Of a DNA stretch of 64,000 bases, positions 51,036-63,619 are shown one piece after another (the first letter of the stretch is position 1; each line of letters opens with the position of its first letter). The position numbers were made by a program, and so were the translations under genes. The notes under the pieces were generated by a model. The model did no database searches. It saw only the letters and a list, made by a program, of their open reading frames with translations, and had not been told where the DNA came from. Source of the DNA: Squalus acanthias (lineage: Eukaryota); NCBI GenBank assembly GCA_030390025.1, contig CM059425.1, forward strand, positions 53,134,001 to 53,198,000. The letters are read 5' to 3'.

Positions 51036-53204
51036 AACTGATTTGATTGTTATGGACTGACAAACTGTGGAAAGGTGTAAATTTAGCTGCAGCAAATAGT
51101 TACCTGAAACCTATTGTGTTGTCAACATTGGCTGAATGATTTAAGCTCTTTAATCCAGAGAGCATTCTGGACTCTGTTTCTTCAGGTTGTGAGTCTGAGC
51201 TGAGATTTGCTATGTACTGTATGTGGCAAAAAATATAAAGTTATGAAGTTATTTCATGTCGCTAAATGAGAAAAGAAACTTAAAATTCAGAAAGTAGGAA
51301 GAGGAAGATTGAATACTTATTGGTGAGAGGCACCATGTTCTATTGCTCTGTGAGGTGGATTCCACTGCACCATAAATATTGTGCCTTAAATAATCAGAAA
51401 GTAGTTTCACTATTGCAGGAGTGTTATTCCAGGTGTGGTAAGAGAATTGGGATCCAATAATTTTTTCACTAGAGTCAGAAATTTACCTGATCAGAATTCA
51501 ATTGGAGTAAATTTCATCGTACTAAAGTCAACAATCAATTTGAACAGCTTCTACAAGCAGTACTACTTGTTCTCCAATACACATAACTTTGCAGTTGTAT
51601 TTTATTTATTGCAAAGCTTTAAGGGTAACTGTTGGTAAGACACCATATGCAAATTATGTCTGTAAATTGCACTGTTTGTAGCTATGGTGCTTATTAAATC
51701 TAAAAATAACTAAGAATTCATGGTACTTTTTGAAATATCTGGTATGAAATTATTTGTGTTTACAGTGTGCAATGAAGTGGCAAATCAATAATGCTGCCTT
51801 GAAGGCACTGTGAAATTAGCATACATTTTTATTGCAAATTATTATTGCACTTTGAGCTGTATATTTAAGCATATCTTTCAGTTATGTACTGCTTTTTATT
51901 TTGGAGGAGTGTACAGTTTGTACCCTTGAGTGGTTTAGATATATTTGGAAAACGAAGATTAAAATATATAAAGATATATTTCAAATTTTGTCTTGGGTTA
52001 GATCAAGAACAGACTTGAATGTCCTGTAAGGCAAGTATGGTGTTAGTTTATAATTCTCTGATGTTATGTTTTCTTCAATAAAACTAGTTTAATACAAAGA
52101 AATGAGCATATTTAATGGGTCAAATGCTTTCTTATTCATAAACCTTATTTTTTTATAGGCTTATTTTTCAAATGATACATTTTCCAGCAATGTAAGCCAC
52201 TGACCAAACTGGAAAGGAGTATTTAAAATTATTTTTAGCTGTGTCTATTTTGTTTTAAAAAATGAAGAATGAGCCACAATCAGCTGCACACTCATAGAGT
52301 AAGAGGATATTGCAAATGTTTTTTAGTGTGACTTCTGACCTCCTACTTTCACAGGGCTAGCTTTTCAGGCCCTGACCTATGCTGATCCAAATAGCTCCTT
52401 AAGTTTCCATGTCACTAGGTTGTTTTTTTTGGTCCTAATCCTAATCAGGCAGCCTCTGAGACTGGAAAACTCAGTGCTCAATTGTTACTGAATGTTTCAG
52501 TCTCTCATGTTCCAAGAAGCGTGAAAAGTTATGCAGCCATTGCTACTGGAAGTTTTTGTTTTTCTGTGGATACTTTCTTTTGCCAATCTTTTTAGCACTT
52601 GGTTTTAGAAGGTGCCTGGTACATGGCTAATACTTTTAGTATCTGATCTCCAACCAAACTTTAGAAAACCAGTTTGTGGAAACAGTATTCAGAAAAGTTG
52701 TTAAGCATGCACCATGTACTGCATCCAATGCTAAGTGAAAACTATTTACGTTCTTGAGTTGATACTTTTGGATTTCTGTTTGTATTTTCATTTAGGAATA
52801 TCTAATCACATATGCTGTTATAAAAAGAATAAGCATAGCAATTAGGAAGTGAGTTGCCGCTTAGGATTATGGCCCTTGACCAAACGTTAGGGTCAAAAAA
52901 AATTACATGGAACATTGGTCAAGGTGCTTGCTGGTGCAAGGTTTTGGATTGGTCAGGGTAGTGAATGGAGTGGGCTTGTTACATACTTGATAGTGAGGTT
53001 GTTAAAGTAGCCTGTGACTCTTCGTAATGTTTGGGTGAGTTGTGGAAGCTGGTGTTTCCTTGCCCTCTGTCAAGACCATTGCCCTCCACCCTATATACAT
53101 GAGGTGGTGAAGGAGTAGGTCCTTAAGTTTGGGATGCATAACCTTAGGTAATGCCTAAGCATTATTTATTCAGCTTCATACATTGGTGTTTTATCCACAT
53201 TACT

Positions 53205-54030
53205 TTTGGATGCTTTCATCACACGTACTGCAGCGGTTCAAGAAGAAGGGTCACCACCACTTTCTCAAGGGCAACTAGGGATGGGCAATAATCAGTCGTT
53301 GAAGGTAAGCATGCAGGTGCAGCAGGCGGTTAAGAAGGCAAATGGTATGTTGGCCTTTGTAGCGAGAGGGTTCGAATACAGGAACAAGGATGTCTTGCTA
53401 CAGTTGTACAGAGCCTTGGTGAGACCACATCTTCAGTATTGTGTGCAGTTTTGGTCGCCTTATCTGAGGAAGGATGTTCTTGCCCTGGAGGGAGTGCAGC
53501 GAAGATTCACCAGACTGATACCTGGGATGGCAGGAATGACGTATGAGGAGAGATTGGGTCGATTGGGCTTATACTCGCTGGAGTTTAGAAGAATGAGAGG
53601 GGATCTCATTGAAACTTATAAAATTCTAACAGGACTAGACAGACTAGATGCAGGAAGGATGTTCCCGATGGCCGGGGAGTCCAGAACCAGGGGTCACAGT
53701 CTAAGGATAAGGGGTAAGCCATTTAGGACAGAGATGAGGAGGAATTTCTTCACCCAAAGAGTGGTGAACCTGTGGAATTCTCTACCACAGAAGGCAGTTG
53801 AGGCTAACTCATTAAATATATTCAAGAAGGAGTTAGATATATTTCTTAAGGCTAAAGGGATCAAGGGATATGGGGAGAAGGCAGGGACAGGGTACTGAAT
53901 TTGGATGATCAGCCATGATCTCATTGAATGGCGGAGCAGGCTCAAGGGGCCAAATGGCCTACTCCTGCTCCTATCTTCTATGATTCTATGATAATGTTGG
54001 CCTTGTCAGCAATGCCCATGTCCCAAAAAG
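53205..54030 (+). mobile_element. LINE tail (26.5-kb family) interrupted by a CR1 3' fragment at 53291-53990
   Basis: GGGATGGGCAATA | CR1 | AATGTTGGCCTTGTCAGCAATGCCCATGTCCC; the CR1 part encodes QQAVKKANGMLAF..GEKAGTGY. Confidence 0.9.
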
Positions 54031-54599
54031 AATTCTGTTTTTTGTTAACTGTCAGCTTCTTTGCTATTTGTCAGAGTTTACATTGACTGTGATGTATTCC
54101 AGTATATGGTTATTTTATTAACGTGCAATAATGAACTATGTGAGTTCATATCAAAAATAAATGGATTTCCTGTTTATCAACACCAATTCACAGTATTGTT
54201 TCAGTGAGGTGATGGTTCTTTAATTGTTACTGTTGATTATATGAAGGTTAACTTTTATTTATGAAATCACAAAAAAATTTCAGATAATGCCTCCCCCCCA
54301 CAAACAATATTCAGTGTCTGATTTGACCAGTCTCAAAGAATTTTTGTGTGCACACAGGTAGCTTTTGATTTAAATGTTCTGAAGATGAGAAATGGGTTTT
54401 GCCAAAATGGACTCCAAGCTTGGTTCCCATTCAGATATTTACAGTTTGCTTCTGAAAGGTGGCATTGTCAAAGGGAGGGTATTAAAGAGAATAAATAACT
54501 TTCATCTTGTATTAAGGGGCTACCTCTGGGGCAATCTGTCACAGGGTGTATTGTGCCTTTACTTTGAAGAAAGCTTGCCTTCTAAATTATTTTGTGTTG

Positions 54600-55062
54600 G
54601 CTTTGGCTCAGGGGTAGCACTCTTGCCTTGTAAGTTAGAAGGTCATGGGTTCATGCCCCACTCCAGAGACTTGAGCACATAGTGCAAGCTGACACTTCAG
54701 TGCAGTACGAGGGAGTGCTGCACTGAGTAGGAGGGAGTGCTGCACCATATCAGAGGTGCTAGTCATTCAGATGAGACGTTAACCTGAGAGCTTATCTACC
54801 CTCTCAATTGTACTATTCAAAGAAAAGTAGGTGAGTTCTCCTAGTCTCCTGGCCAACATTTATCCCTCAACCAACATCACTAAAATATATTATTTTGTCA
54901 TTTATTTCATTGCTGTTTGTGGGACTTTGCTGTGCACAAATCGGCTGCTGTGTTTCCCTACATTGCAACAGTGACTACACTTCAAAAATGTTTCATTGAC
55001 CATGAGCTTTGGGACATCCTGAGGTTGCTAAAGGTGCAATATATATGCAAGTTGTTTCTTTC
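54600..55062 (+). mobile_element. Full-length SacSINE1-type Deu-domain SINE
   Basis: tRNA-like A/B boxes (TGGCTCAGGGGTAG, GGTTCATGCCC), central domain and L2-like tail AAGGTGCAATATATATGCAAGT; internal duplication of GAGGGAGTGCTGCAC. Confidence 0.82.
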
Positions 55063-55190
55063 TAATACAATTGTATTTGCAAGAAAGCACACAGTGGTCA
55101 CATAACTTGCACCTGCTCACAAATATTGCTTTGGCTCTGTGGAATGATTAATACTAAGTTGCATGCCAACATGTATACATAACATATAAT

Positions 55191-55927
55191 GGGGGGGAAA
55201 ATTCTGTATCGACCATTTTGGGGCGCTAACTTTAGTGCCTGGTGCTAATTAGCGCTGGCGACCGCAAAATTGAGTTTTAGCGCCCCAAGAGGGAAGTGGA
55301 GCAATAAATCAAGCGCTCCACTTCCTTCTTAGGGCGTTAACGTCGGAGAGCGGGGCAGAGACTTCAGCAGCGCAGCACACTGAGCCGTGCAGCGCTGCCG
55401 CATTCAAAGGCTCCTTCCCTCCATTAAAGGGAAGGGCCATCGCTGCAGGCTCTGCAATTTAAAAAGTACCTACCTGGACCACCAAGGCAGCCGTGATGCC
55501 GCGCGATCAGCCCAGCACTCAAACAGAGTGCCGGGCTGATCGATCGCGGGCAGGAACCTGTGAAAAAACCTGGAACAACAAAGGTAAGTTTTTTTTTTTA
55601 CTTACCTCGGCCACCTCGCCTTTAATCATAGCACTCGAAGTGGCCGGCCGCCCGATGCACGCCTCCTGCAGCTGTCGGTGTTTTCGACCGGCGCTACTGC
55701 AGTGGGCGGAAGTCAATTTCGGGTCCGGGGCGCTACCGAGCCGATGCGCACGCCGATGATGTCGCGATCTCCGGGCGAAGGAGATCGGGGCCCAACGCTG
55801 TAGCACTGCCGCAAAACTCCTGCCGAATATGGCGGGAGTCAATGTCAGCGCTGCGCCCGATCGCAAAGTCATTTGTGCCCCGTTAGCACCCCCGGGGGCG
55901 CTAACGGGAGGCGCAAAGGCACCGAAT
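55191..55927 (-). mobile_element. Family B Harbinger-type non-autonomous element, opposite orientation, one TIR clipped
   Basis: 55191-55350 matches the reverse complement of 48430-48605; 55880-55927 matches the reverse complement of 47773-47810. Confidence 0.78.
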
Positions 55928-57329
55928 GTGTTACTGGTTGTACTCCTGCATTGATGTTATCTCAGTTTCTGGGCAACAGTGTACTCGCCCTTGAAAGCAT
56001 CATATTGGTTGCTCAAATTCAGCGCTAGAATTCTTTGCCTCTGCTGTGCACTTTTTGTAGAGTCATGCACTGTTAGCAGAACTTATTACGAGACATTGCT
56101 TTGTTAATAGAACATTCTTGCTGGGAAAAATTGAATATTCCATTTCTGTCCTGAATTATACTCATTATATTAACATGCAGTAATAGTGCATTGTTTGTGA
56201 TAATTATCATGATTCTGTAGTTAATTTGAAAACATTCCTATGTATATTTTTCAAGCTCTCATAGACAAAAACAAAATGTAGTTTATTGGACCCATTCCAG
56301 GGCCTTTGTTAGGCCCACCATCTTGAAGCAGAGTAAATGGTGATTTTTCGATAAACATGCAGTCTGACTCAGGTTCTCATTCAGGATGTCCTTCAGAAAC
56401 AGACACAATAATAACATGGAGAGAGCTAGGACCAGTTTAGTTTGGTATGTGCCAGTCCAGTTATTTATAAAATAAAATTATTTTAAAAAGATATCCCTGG
56501 TGGAGGCGGTGGTGAGGGGGGAGAATCGCAGTGATTTAAATTCTCAATCATTAAAGAATGATGAAGTTTTAAGAACTTGTTTGTACTTATTTTACCAATA
56601 AGTAGTTCTTTGTATTTGGGAAGAAGTGGGCAAGGGGGGTGGGGGGGGGGGGCTGCGGATTAAGAAGATGCTGTGTCGGCATCGTAGGTTTTTGTATGAT
56701 ACACACTGAAAAATGAGCACGGTTTGAGATAAGAGCATTTTAACTATATAGTGTTCTTTGGGTTTGGTCTGTAGAAGATGGGAAGGGAAAAGTAAGCTTA
56801 TATGTGCTGTAACTTTTGAGTGACTTGTATCAAGGATAGAAGAATGTTTCCATTGACATTGATTTCAGGTTTATCAATTTGCCAGATTTGTAGATCACTA
56901 GAAAATGATTGTAGCTAAAGTGAATAAAGTTTGTTAGTTGGACAACAAAAGTTTGTCTTAAATCTTTAGCTGGTAAAATGGTGATATTTCATCACATTTT
57001 GAAATTAAAACAGACAAATGGGTAGCTAACTTCTTAAATCTGGTAGCCTGGAGCTGATGAACTACAATGAACTTCACTGTGAATAGCTTTTGCATTTTGA
57101 CTTAAAAAAAAGGTTTTTCAGTAGTTAGAATCCATACTAGAGTGCACTTGATCTCTAGAATTCTGTAGCTACATTTTAAAATATGTTAAAACAAACACTA
57201 GCACAATTTACAGTTGGCATTGTACAGAATGCAAAAAGTATTAGGGTGTCTCTTGCAAGAATTTTGAAGAAAAAGGGGCAGCAACATCATCTCCATTTTA
57301 GTTATTTTATATTTTTTCTGACAATTTTC

Positions 57330-57602
57330 TCCTGTCTTCATCGCTCCTGAAGGTGGTGTCTCCTTGCTGGGATCCTTCCCGTCCCTCACTCAAGAGGCCA
57401 CTATTCATGAGTGAGCCATAACGATGAGTGTTTACACAGTAAGGGACATTATAGCTGAACCTGATCCTGTCCTCACTTGAGATCCACAAAGGGCACACCC
57501 AGTAGGGGCTGCAGGGTAGCAGTAAGCAGCAGGAATCCTGGCCAATTTTCCCCTCCCTACCCTCGGAATGCTGAGGGCAATCAAGACCAGCTACCTCAGC
57601 AC
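57330..57602 (-). mobile_element. AmnSINE2-like SINE
   Basis: ATCCTGTCCTCAC..CCAGTAGGGG..GGAATCCTGGCCAATTTTCCCCTCCCTA. Confidence 0.6.
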
Positions 57603-57950
57603 AGTCTTAGAATTTAATTGTTTGACTGTCTTTCTATCTCTTCATGCCTCCTTCACTATGGGCCGACTGGCCTCCTTCAGTGCCGTATCATTCTATGATT
57701 CTGTGATATCTGGGAGCAGTGGGCAAGTGGTTAGCTGCTCCAATGTCGGTATTTCTGTGATGGACGGTACCTCCCATCTAGCAAAATGGTGACAATTTAC
57801 AGCTCTCATTACATACTTTGATCAGCAGCTGCTGGCATTTAAAGGGAAGATAACAACTGTCTCGACTGCTATTACTGGGATACTGCATGCACAAATCTTT
57901 TTGTAAACTACTACACATTGTTGAAGTCATAAATATGTTGTGTATAATAT

Positions 57951-58664
57951 TGGCCTGAAATTTGCGGTCAGCGGCAAAGCTTGCTGCTGGCCCTGAAGAA
58001 AGCTGCCCACCGAGATCGTGCGCTCTACAGTGGGAATTCCCTAGTGCGATCTGCTGTGATGTCAACAAACTGTCTAAGCAGCCAATCACAATGCAGAATT
58101 CTCACAGACAGGGAACCAGGAAATGAGAAGCTGCTTTTATCTGGACTTTTTGAAAATGTTACAGAAAGCAAAACCAAGATTGGGGTTCCCACATGGGGTT
58201 AAGGTAGAACCTGAAATATCATGAACAAACTTTAAAAAAAAATATATACTTTTTTAAAAGTTTCTTAAAAATTTTAATTTTTATCATAATGGAGAAATTT
58301 GGCACTCCACAAAATTAAAATTAGTTTTTCAGGGCCATAATGTTTGTTTAGCAGTCAATACGCTGTTAGAACCCCAGTTACACCTAATCCAACAAGGCAT
58401 AACATTTAATGGGGTATTTAACAGCGATATTACCGCGGAAAAGCCCAAGTTTTCATCAGTTTCACTGATTACACTGATTGCCGGCTATTGGGGGTGGGGG
58501 TCCACAGCACAGCCAGTGTCAGAGCAGTGACTGACTGACCACAACTTCAGGATTCTGCATTTAGATGCGTATGCGCTACATCCTGAAGTTGTGGCCAGTT
58601 TCAAAGGGGTAATAATAGCGAACGCAGTTAGTTCGCCGTTATTACCCACCGCAAATTCTGGCCC
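57951..58664 (-). mobile_element. Family A-related MITE
   Basis: TIRs TGGCCTGAAATTTGCGGT / ACCGCAAATTCTGGCCC with AT on both flanks; subterminal hairpins homologous to 45040-45143. Confidence 0.78.
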
Positions 58665-58669
58665 ATTAA

Positions 58670-58925
58670 GGTAACCACAAAGAGAATTCAAGGGAAAATT
58701 AGAGAAAAAAAATCTTTGCACAGAGGTTGGTTAGAATTTGTAATTTTCTGCCAGAAGTCGTTATTGAAGCAGAATCCGTAAACTTTAAAAAAGGAATCAG
58801 ATAGTTGCTGGAAAAAGAAGAATGCTAAATGGTATGGGGAGTGAACGTAAGAGTGAGATTCAACTAGGGGTTCATGTGGTGAAAAATACCAGTAAAGACT
58901 TGATTATGCTGTAATATTTTATGAT
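58670..58925 (+). mobile_element. Degenerate CR1 3' end
   Basis: TCTTTGCACAGAGGTTGGTTAGAATTTGTAATTTTCTGCC resembles a decayed FTQRVVRIWNSLP. Confidence 0.55.
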
Positions 58926-59089
58926 CTCAAAACGTATATGGGTGCTTTATGGTACAGTATTCTTTAAAAATAATGGGTTTCTTTTTAGATATAGTGATGA
59001 AATGTGCCAGAGTTATTTGCACATAAATGACATTTTTTTGTGTGTATTCCTTGAGTTAATCCTTCTTGGAAAGGATCATGATGGGTCTG

Positions 59090-59900
59090 TAATAACAGCT
59101 TGAACTTATCCAGCATCTTCCAACACAGTGAAGTGTCTAAAGGTGCTTCACAAAGAAAGAAAAGAAAAACTTGCATTTATATAGCGCCTTTCACGACCAC
59201 TGGATGTCGCAAAGCGCTTTACAGCCAATGAAGTACTTTTAGAGTGTAGTCACTGTTGTAATGAGGGAGTTGGCCACTGAGCAGGAATTGGAAGTAAAAG
59301 TTAGGGAAGGTGACTGAAGGCAAGTTTGAAAGTGTCAATTTTGAGTAGGTGTGTGAAGGTGAGGAGAAATGTACCAAGGCGGAGGGAATTTGGAAGAGAA
59401 TTTCCAAATTCAGGCATGTGGCGGCTGAAGATTTCCTCTTCTGATGGTGGAAAGGAGGGAAAATGGCTGGAAGAGAGGTGGGTGCGAACTAAGAAATGGG
59501 GCTGGAGGAAATCGTAGAGGTAGGATAGTAAAGAAATTTGAAGATGAGGACAAAGATTTTGAAATCAATATAACTGAGACAGGGAAGAAGTGGATATCTG
59601 TGAAACTGGTATAATGGGTAAAGTAGGAGCTGGTACAAGATAGGATGTGGGCAGCAGAGTCTGGATGAGTTAGAGTTTATGTATGGGGGGTGGGGGGAGT
59701 AATGAGGAGAGTGCTGGAGAAGTTGAGCCTGGCAGTTATCAAATTGTGAATGAGGATCTCAGCAGTGGGGGTAGAGGGGCATTGTTATGGAAGTGGATGT
59801 AGCCAATCTCAGTGATAGGCTGGTTATGGGATTTTAAGCTCAGCTCAGGGTCATACAGGTTGTGAACCATTGGGTTCAATCTGAACAAGCAGCTGGGAAC
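59090..59900 (-). mobile_element. Old L2 3' fragment with a SacSINE1 tail inserted at ~59153-59268
   Basis: SINE tail AACTTGCATTTATATAGCGCCTTTCACGACC..GTAGTCACTGTTGTAATG; flanks resemble 25881-26312 and the reverse complement of 61296-61982. Confidence 0.65.
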
Positions 59901-61295
59901 AGGGATAGAATCAAGAGCCATGGGGCAGTGTTTCTGGTGGAGCTGGAGAAAATAATGCATTCTACCAAAAACAAAATAACACGAGGGGTTGTCTGTGTTA
60001 TTTTAAAAAGGAAATATTGTGTAGTCATTATAGTTCCTGTTTAAAAATCCATGTGACTGTTAATGATGCATGTGTATTTTCATTAAATGCATATTTGTAA
60101 AAGACAAGCAGCTGTTATCCAAAACTGGCCTGAATTTAGGAAAATCAAGTGGAACTTAAATTACTTTCAGACTCTTAGCAAGTTCTTCCAGATGTATGAG
60201 GAGCTTGTGGTCTGCAGTTAGTAATGTAGTTACACAACATGTGTTTTAATATTTTCTGTGTGATGAACTTGTGTCCTCACAAATGAATGTAAAATTTAAA
60301 AATCCCATGAGTGTGAGCATCATAACTGAAATTAATTTTTAGTCTGGACCTTGCTGTATCTCTGCTGTAAATCAGCCATATTCATGTACTACCTGTGCAG
60401 CCTGCTGTATAGAATTGCTTTTTTCTCCATCCAACTGACATTGAATTTGGAAAGACAGTTTAATGCTGTTTGTAGTTATTTAGAGTCCCAGAGGTAACAT
60501 TTGTACTGTCTCCGTGACTTGCTGGTGAAAGTGGTGGAATTTGGACCAAGATTGTGTTGTGAATTAAACATTTGATCCCTTCTTAAGGAATTTTCAAAAT
60601 GGCGGGCAGTCGGGTCAGGAGAGGGACAAATAACATAGAAAATGATCAAGAGTAATGAAGTGCTGTCTGTGCTTGTAATAATTTCCATCAAAATTGAATT
60701 AAAAATGAACACTATATTTTTGAAGAAAATAATCCCACACATCCTATATTAAAAATTGAAGCCATCAGTGCCTGTTTATTCTACTGTTGAGGAAAACATT
60801 CTTGACTCCTTTGTAGCTTCTAGGAAAATAAAAACTAGATAGCCACTGTTCCTTATTGTGTGTCCACTACTTTTGTCTTTACAGTGTAGTAGTGTAGGTG
60901 CTGAACAGTACATCATCATCAGTGTCAATTTATCATAATGAATGACATTTAAAATGTCAATTAGGATGTACAGTACTAGTCAAAGAAAAATTCTATACAG
61001 TCAAAATAGTTTTTTTTCTCACCAATGTTCTCCACTTCCCTCCTCCCCTGACCACCCACATGGGTTCACTTTTAAGCAGGAATCACTGGATAGCGACTAG
61101 GAGCGAGAACCCTGTCCACTTTTTTCCCCCTACTTGAGACCAAACACAGTGGCTCTATTACTACCTTGGCTGGGAACAGCAACCTCAGCACAGGCCAGGG
61201 ATTGAAATTAGTTCCCCAGCCGTCCCTTTTGTTAAACACCTTGGGACATTTTGCTATGTTAAAGGAACTATATAAGTGCAAGTTGATGTATAGAT

Positions 61296-61982
61296 GTTGA
61301 CCAGACCATTCGCAACCTTGGCGTCTTTTTGACCTTGAGTTGAGCTTGCGACCCCATATTCTCTCCGTCACCAAGACCGCCTACTTCCACCTCCGTCACA
61401 TCGCCTGACTCCGCCCCTGCCTCAGCTCATCAGCTACTGAAACCCTCATCCATGCCTTTGTTACCTCTAGACTCGACTATTCCAATGCTCTCCTGGCCGG
61501 CCTCCCACCTTGCAACCTCCGTAAATTTGAGCTCATCCAAAATTCTACCACTTGCATCCTAACTCGCACCAAGTTCCATTCACTCATCACTCCAGTGCTC
61601 GCTGACCTACATTGTCTCCCGGTCTGGCAACGCCTTGATTTTAAAATTCTCATCCTTGTTTTCAAATCCCTCCATGGCCTCGCCCCTTCCTATTTCTGAA
61701 ACCTCCTCCAGTCCTACAACCCTCTGAGATCTCTGTGCTCCTCCAATTCTGGCCTCTTGCGCATCCCCGATATTCATCACTCCATCATTGGCAGTCGTGC
61801 CTTCAGTTGGCATGGTCCTAAGCTCTGGAATTCCCTCCCTAAGCCTCTCTACCTCTCTTTCATCCTTTGACGTTCCTTAGAACATACCACTTGGTGTCAA
61901 AATTTGTTTGATAATGCACCAGTGAAGTGCCTTGGGACATTTTACTACGTTAACGGCACTATATAAATACAAGTTGTTGTTG
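61296..61982 (+). mobile_element. L2 LINE 3' end, preceded by a second L2 tail (61228-61290), inserted into an AmnSINE2-like SINE (~61075-61215 plus 61983-62025, minus)
   Basis: [45 protein letters not shown], typical of the L2 ORF2 C-terminus; tail ATATAAATACAAGTTGTTGTTG. Confidence 0.88.
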
Positions 61983-63619
61983 TACAGCTCAGATACTCGC
62001 TGGATAAACTTGCTGAGTCATCTGCTAAGCATGACAGACAACATATTTAACAATGTAATTCAACAGCTTGTTGCCAAACCTAAAGCTATAATATTGTAGA
62101 AGAATTTTCTGTGTACTCTTGTAACATCTTTATAACGTAACATATTTAAAATAAATTCTACTGAAGTCAAATCCTACTCTGGCTCTGAAAAAAGATTTCA
62201 CATATAAAACCATTCACATTCAATGCAGTGTTTAAGGATTGGACTCGATAAAATTCAAATCCTGCCTAAGGAAAAAAAGTTTCAACCTTATTTTTATATT
62301 ATCCATGGTTATATAAAGAGGAACATGAGCCCACATATGAATTAGCTAAAACTTTCCCACATGTCTTGAACTATGTGCGGCTGTGTTTTGAAGGAATCCA
62401 GCTTGCAATATTGTACATAGGTGGCTCTGCTCTTTCCTGCAGTGAATTTTGAGCAGGATGACATCACAGTGAATTAACTGCATGTAGTCTGCAGTTTCAA
62501 CATAAATTTACTTCACAAAGAAGACAGTAAAGAGAAATATAATAACATCACCTTGCATTGGTTTTTAATCCAAGTCACAAAAGCACGCTTTGTTTACATG
62601 AGGTTTTTGTAGACTTCTCCCCTTTGGGCACTTTCTAAACATTCCTTTTGTCTTATTGTATCAAGGCTGCCTACTTTTGTCTTATGCTTTACTGATTTGC
62701 GAATGCTTTCTTTAGGACTCTTTTTAATGTTTGAGGTAACCCTTTTTCCTTTGACAGTTATGACAATGGGGAAAAAATGTTGCCTCCAACCCAACCAGGT
62801 AATTTTGTTATCTTATGTCTGAAATCTTCTTACCGGAGAGAGCAAGCACACATGTCTGTCAAGACAGAATCAAATTCAGGTTTCAAAGAGTCCAATGTTT
62901 CCAGATAGCTCCTGAGCAGCTCCATTTTTCATTAGATTTATTTTAAATTACTTTGATTTTGCAGGTACACTGAGACACGTAACAGCATATTGTCTAGTTT
63001 TGTATATTGCCACTGTCTAAATTTAGCTTATGTAGGCCAACCAAAGAGAGATTGTGTGATGAGTTTTGCAGAGCTAATGGCATCAGCCTAACATCTGTTT
63101 GCTGCCTAGGTATACAGCATACATCAACAAAATGTTTTTAGTGACTGAAGTAAAGTGTAATATGATATGCAGGACCTAAAACCCAGATTCACTGACTGAT
63201 GAACCATTTAACATGCAGTGAGTAAATTGTGTACAGAGGATTGCGAGGCACATTCGAGACAGTTATTGGAAGCTGCTTCTGACTCCGAATGGAAACTCCC
63301 CTGAGGCAAAAGCTGTTTACCATTTGCAGGGGAATTGAATAGCGCTGGTTTCAATCAGATTTCCATAGCAATACACTGATACCTTCTGGGTTCTTGTGTA
63401 CAAAAATAAATGAATGGGAAAGGGCAGGTAAAAATATTGCAGTGTTGAATATTTTGTTGCCTGCAACTGACTTGGTAAAATCAGGTTATTGACTAACAGT
63501 TTTCAGCTGTTTAAAACATGCGATTTAATCAGTCTCAAAAGAGATAATTGAACATAAATGGGAAAGAATGCAGACTAAATTTAAAAAAAAAATTAAAAAA
63601 AAAATTCTCACACATTTGT

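Noticed and set aside
53206-53898. 230-aa ORF as a gene
   Set aside because: Chance fusion of one LINE's 3' tail with a CR1 ORF2 fragment; TTG start.
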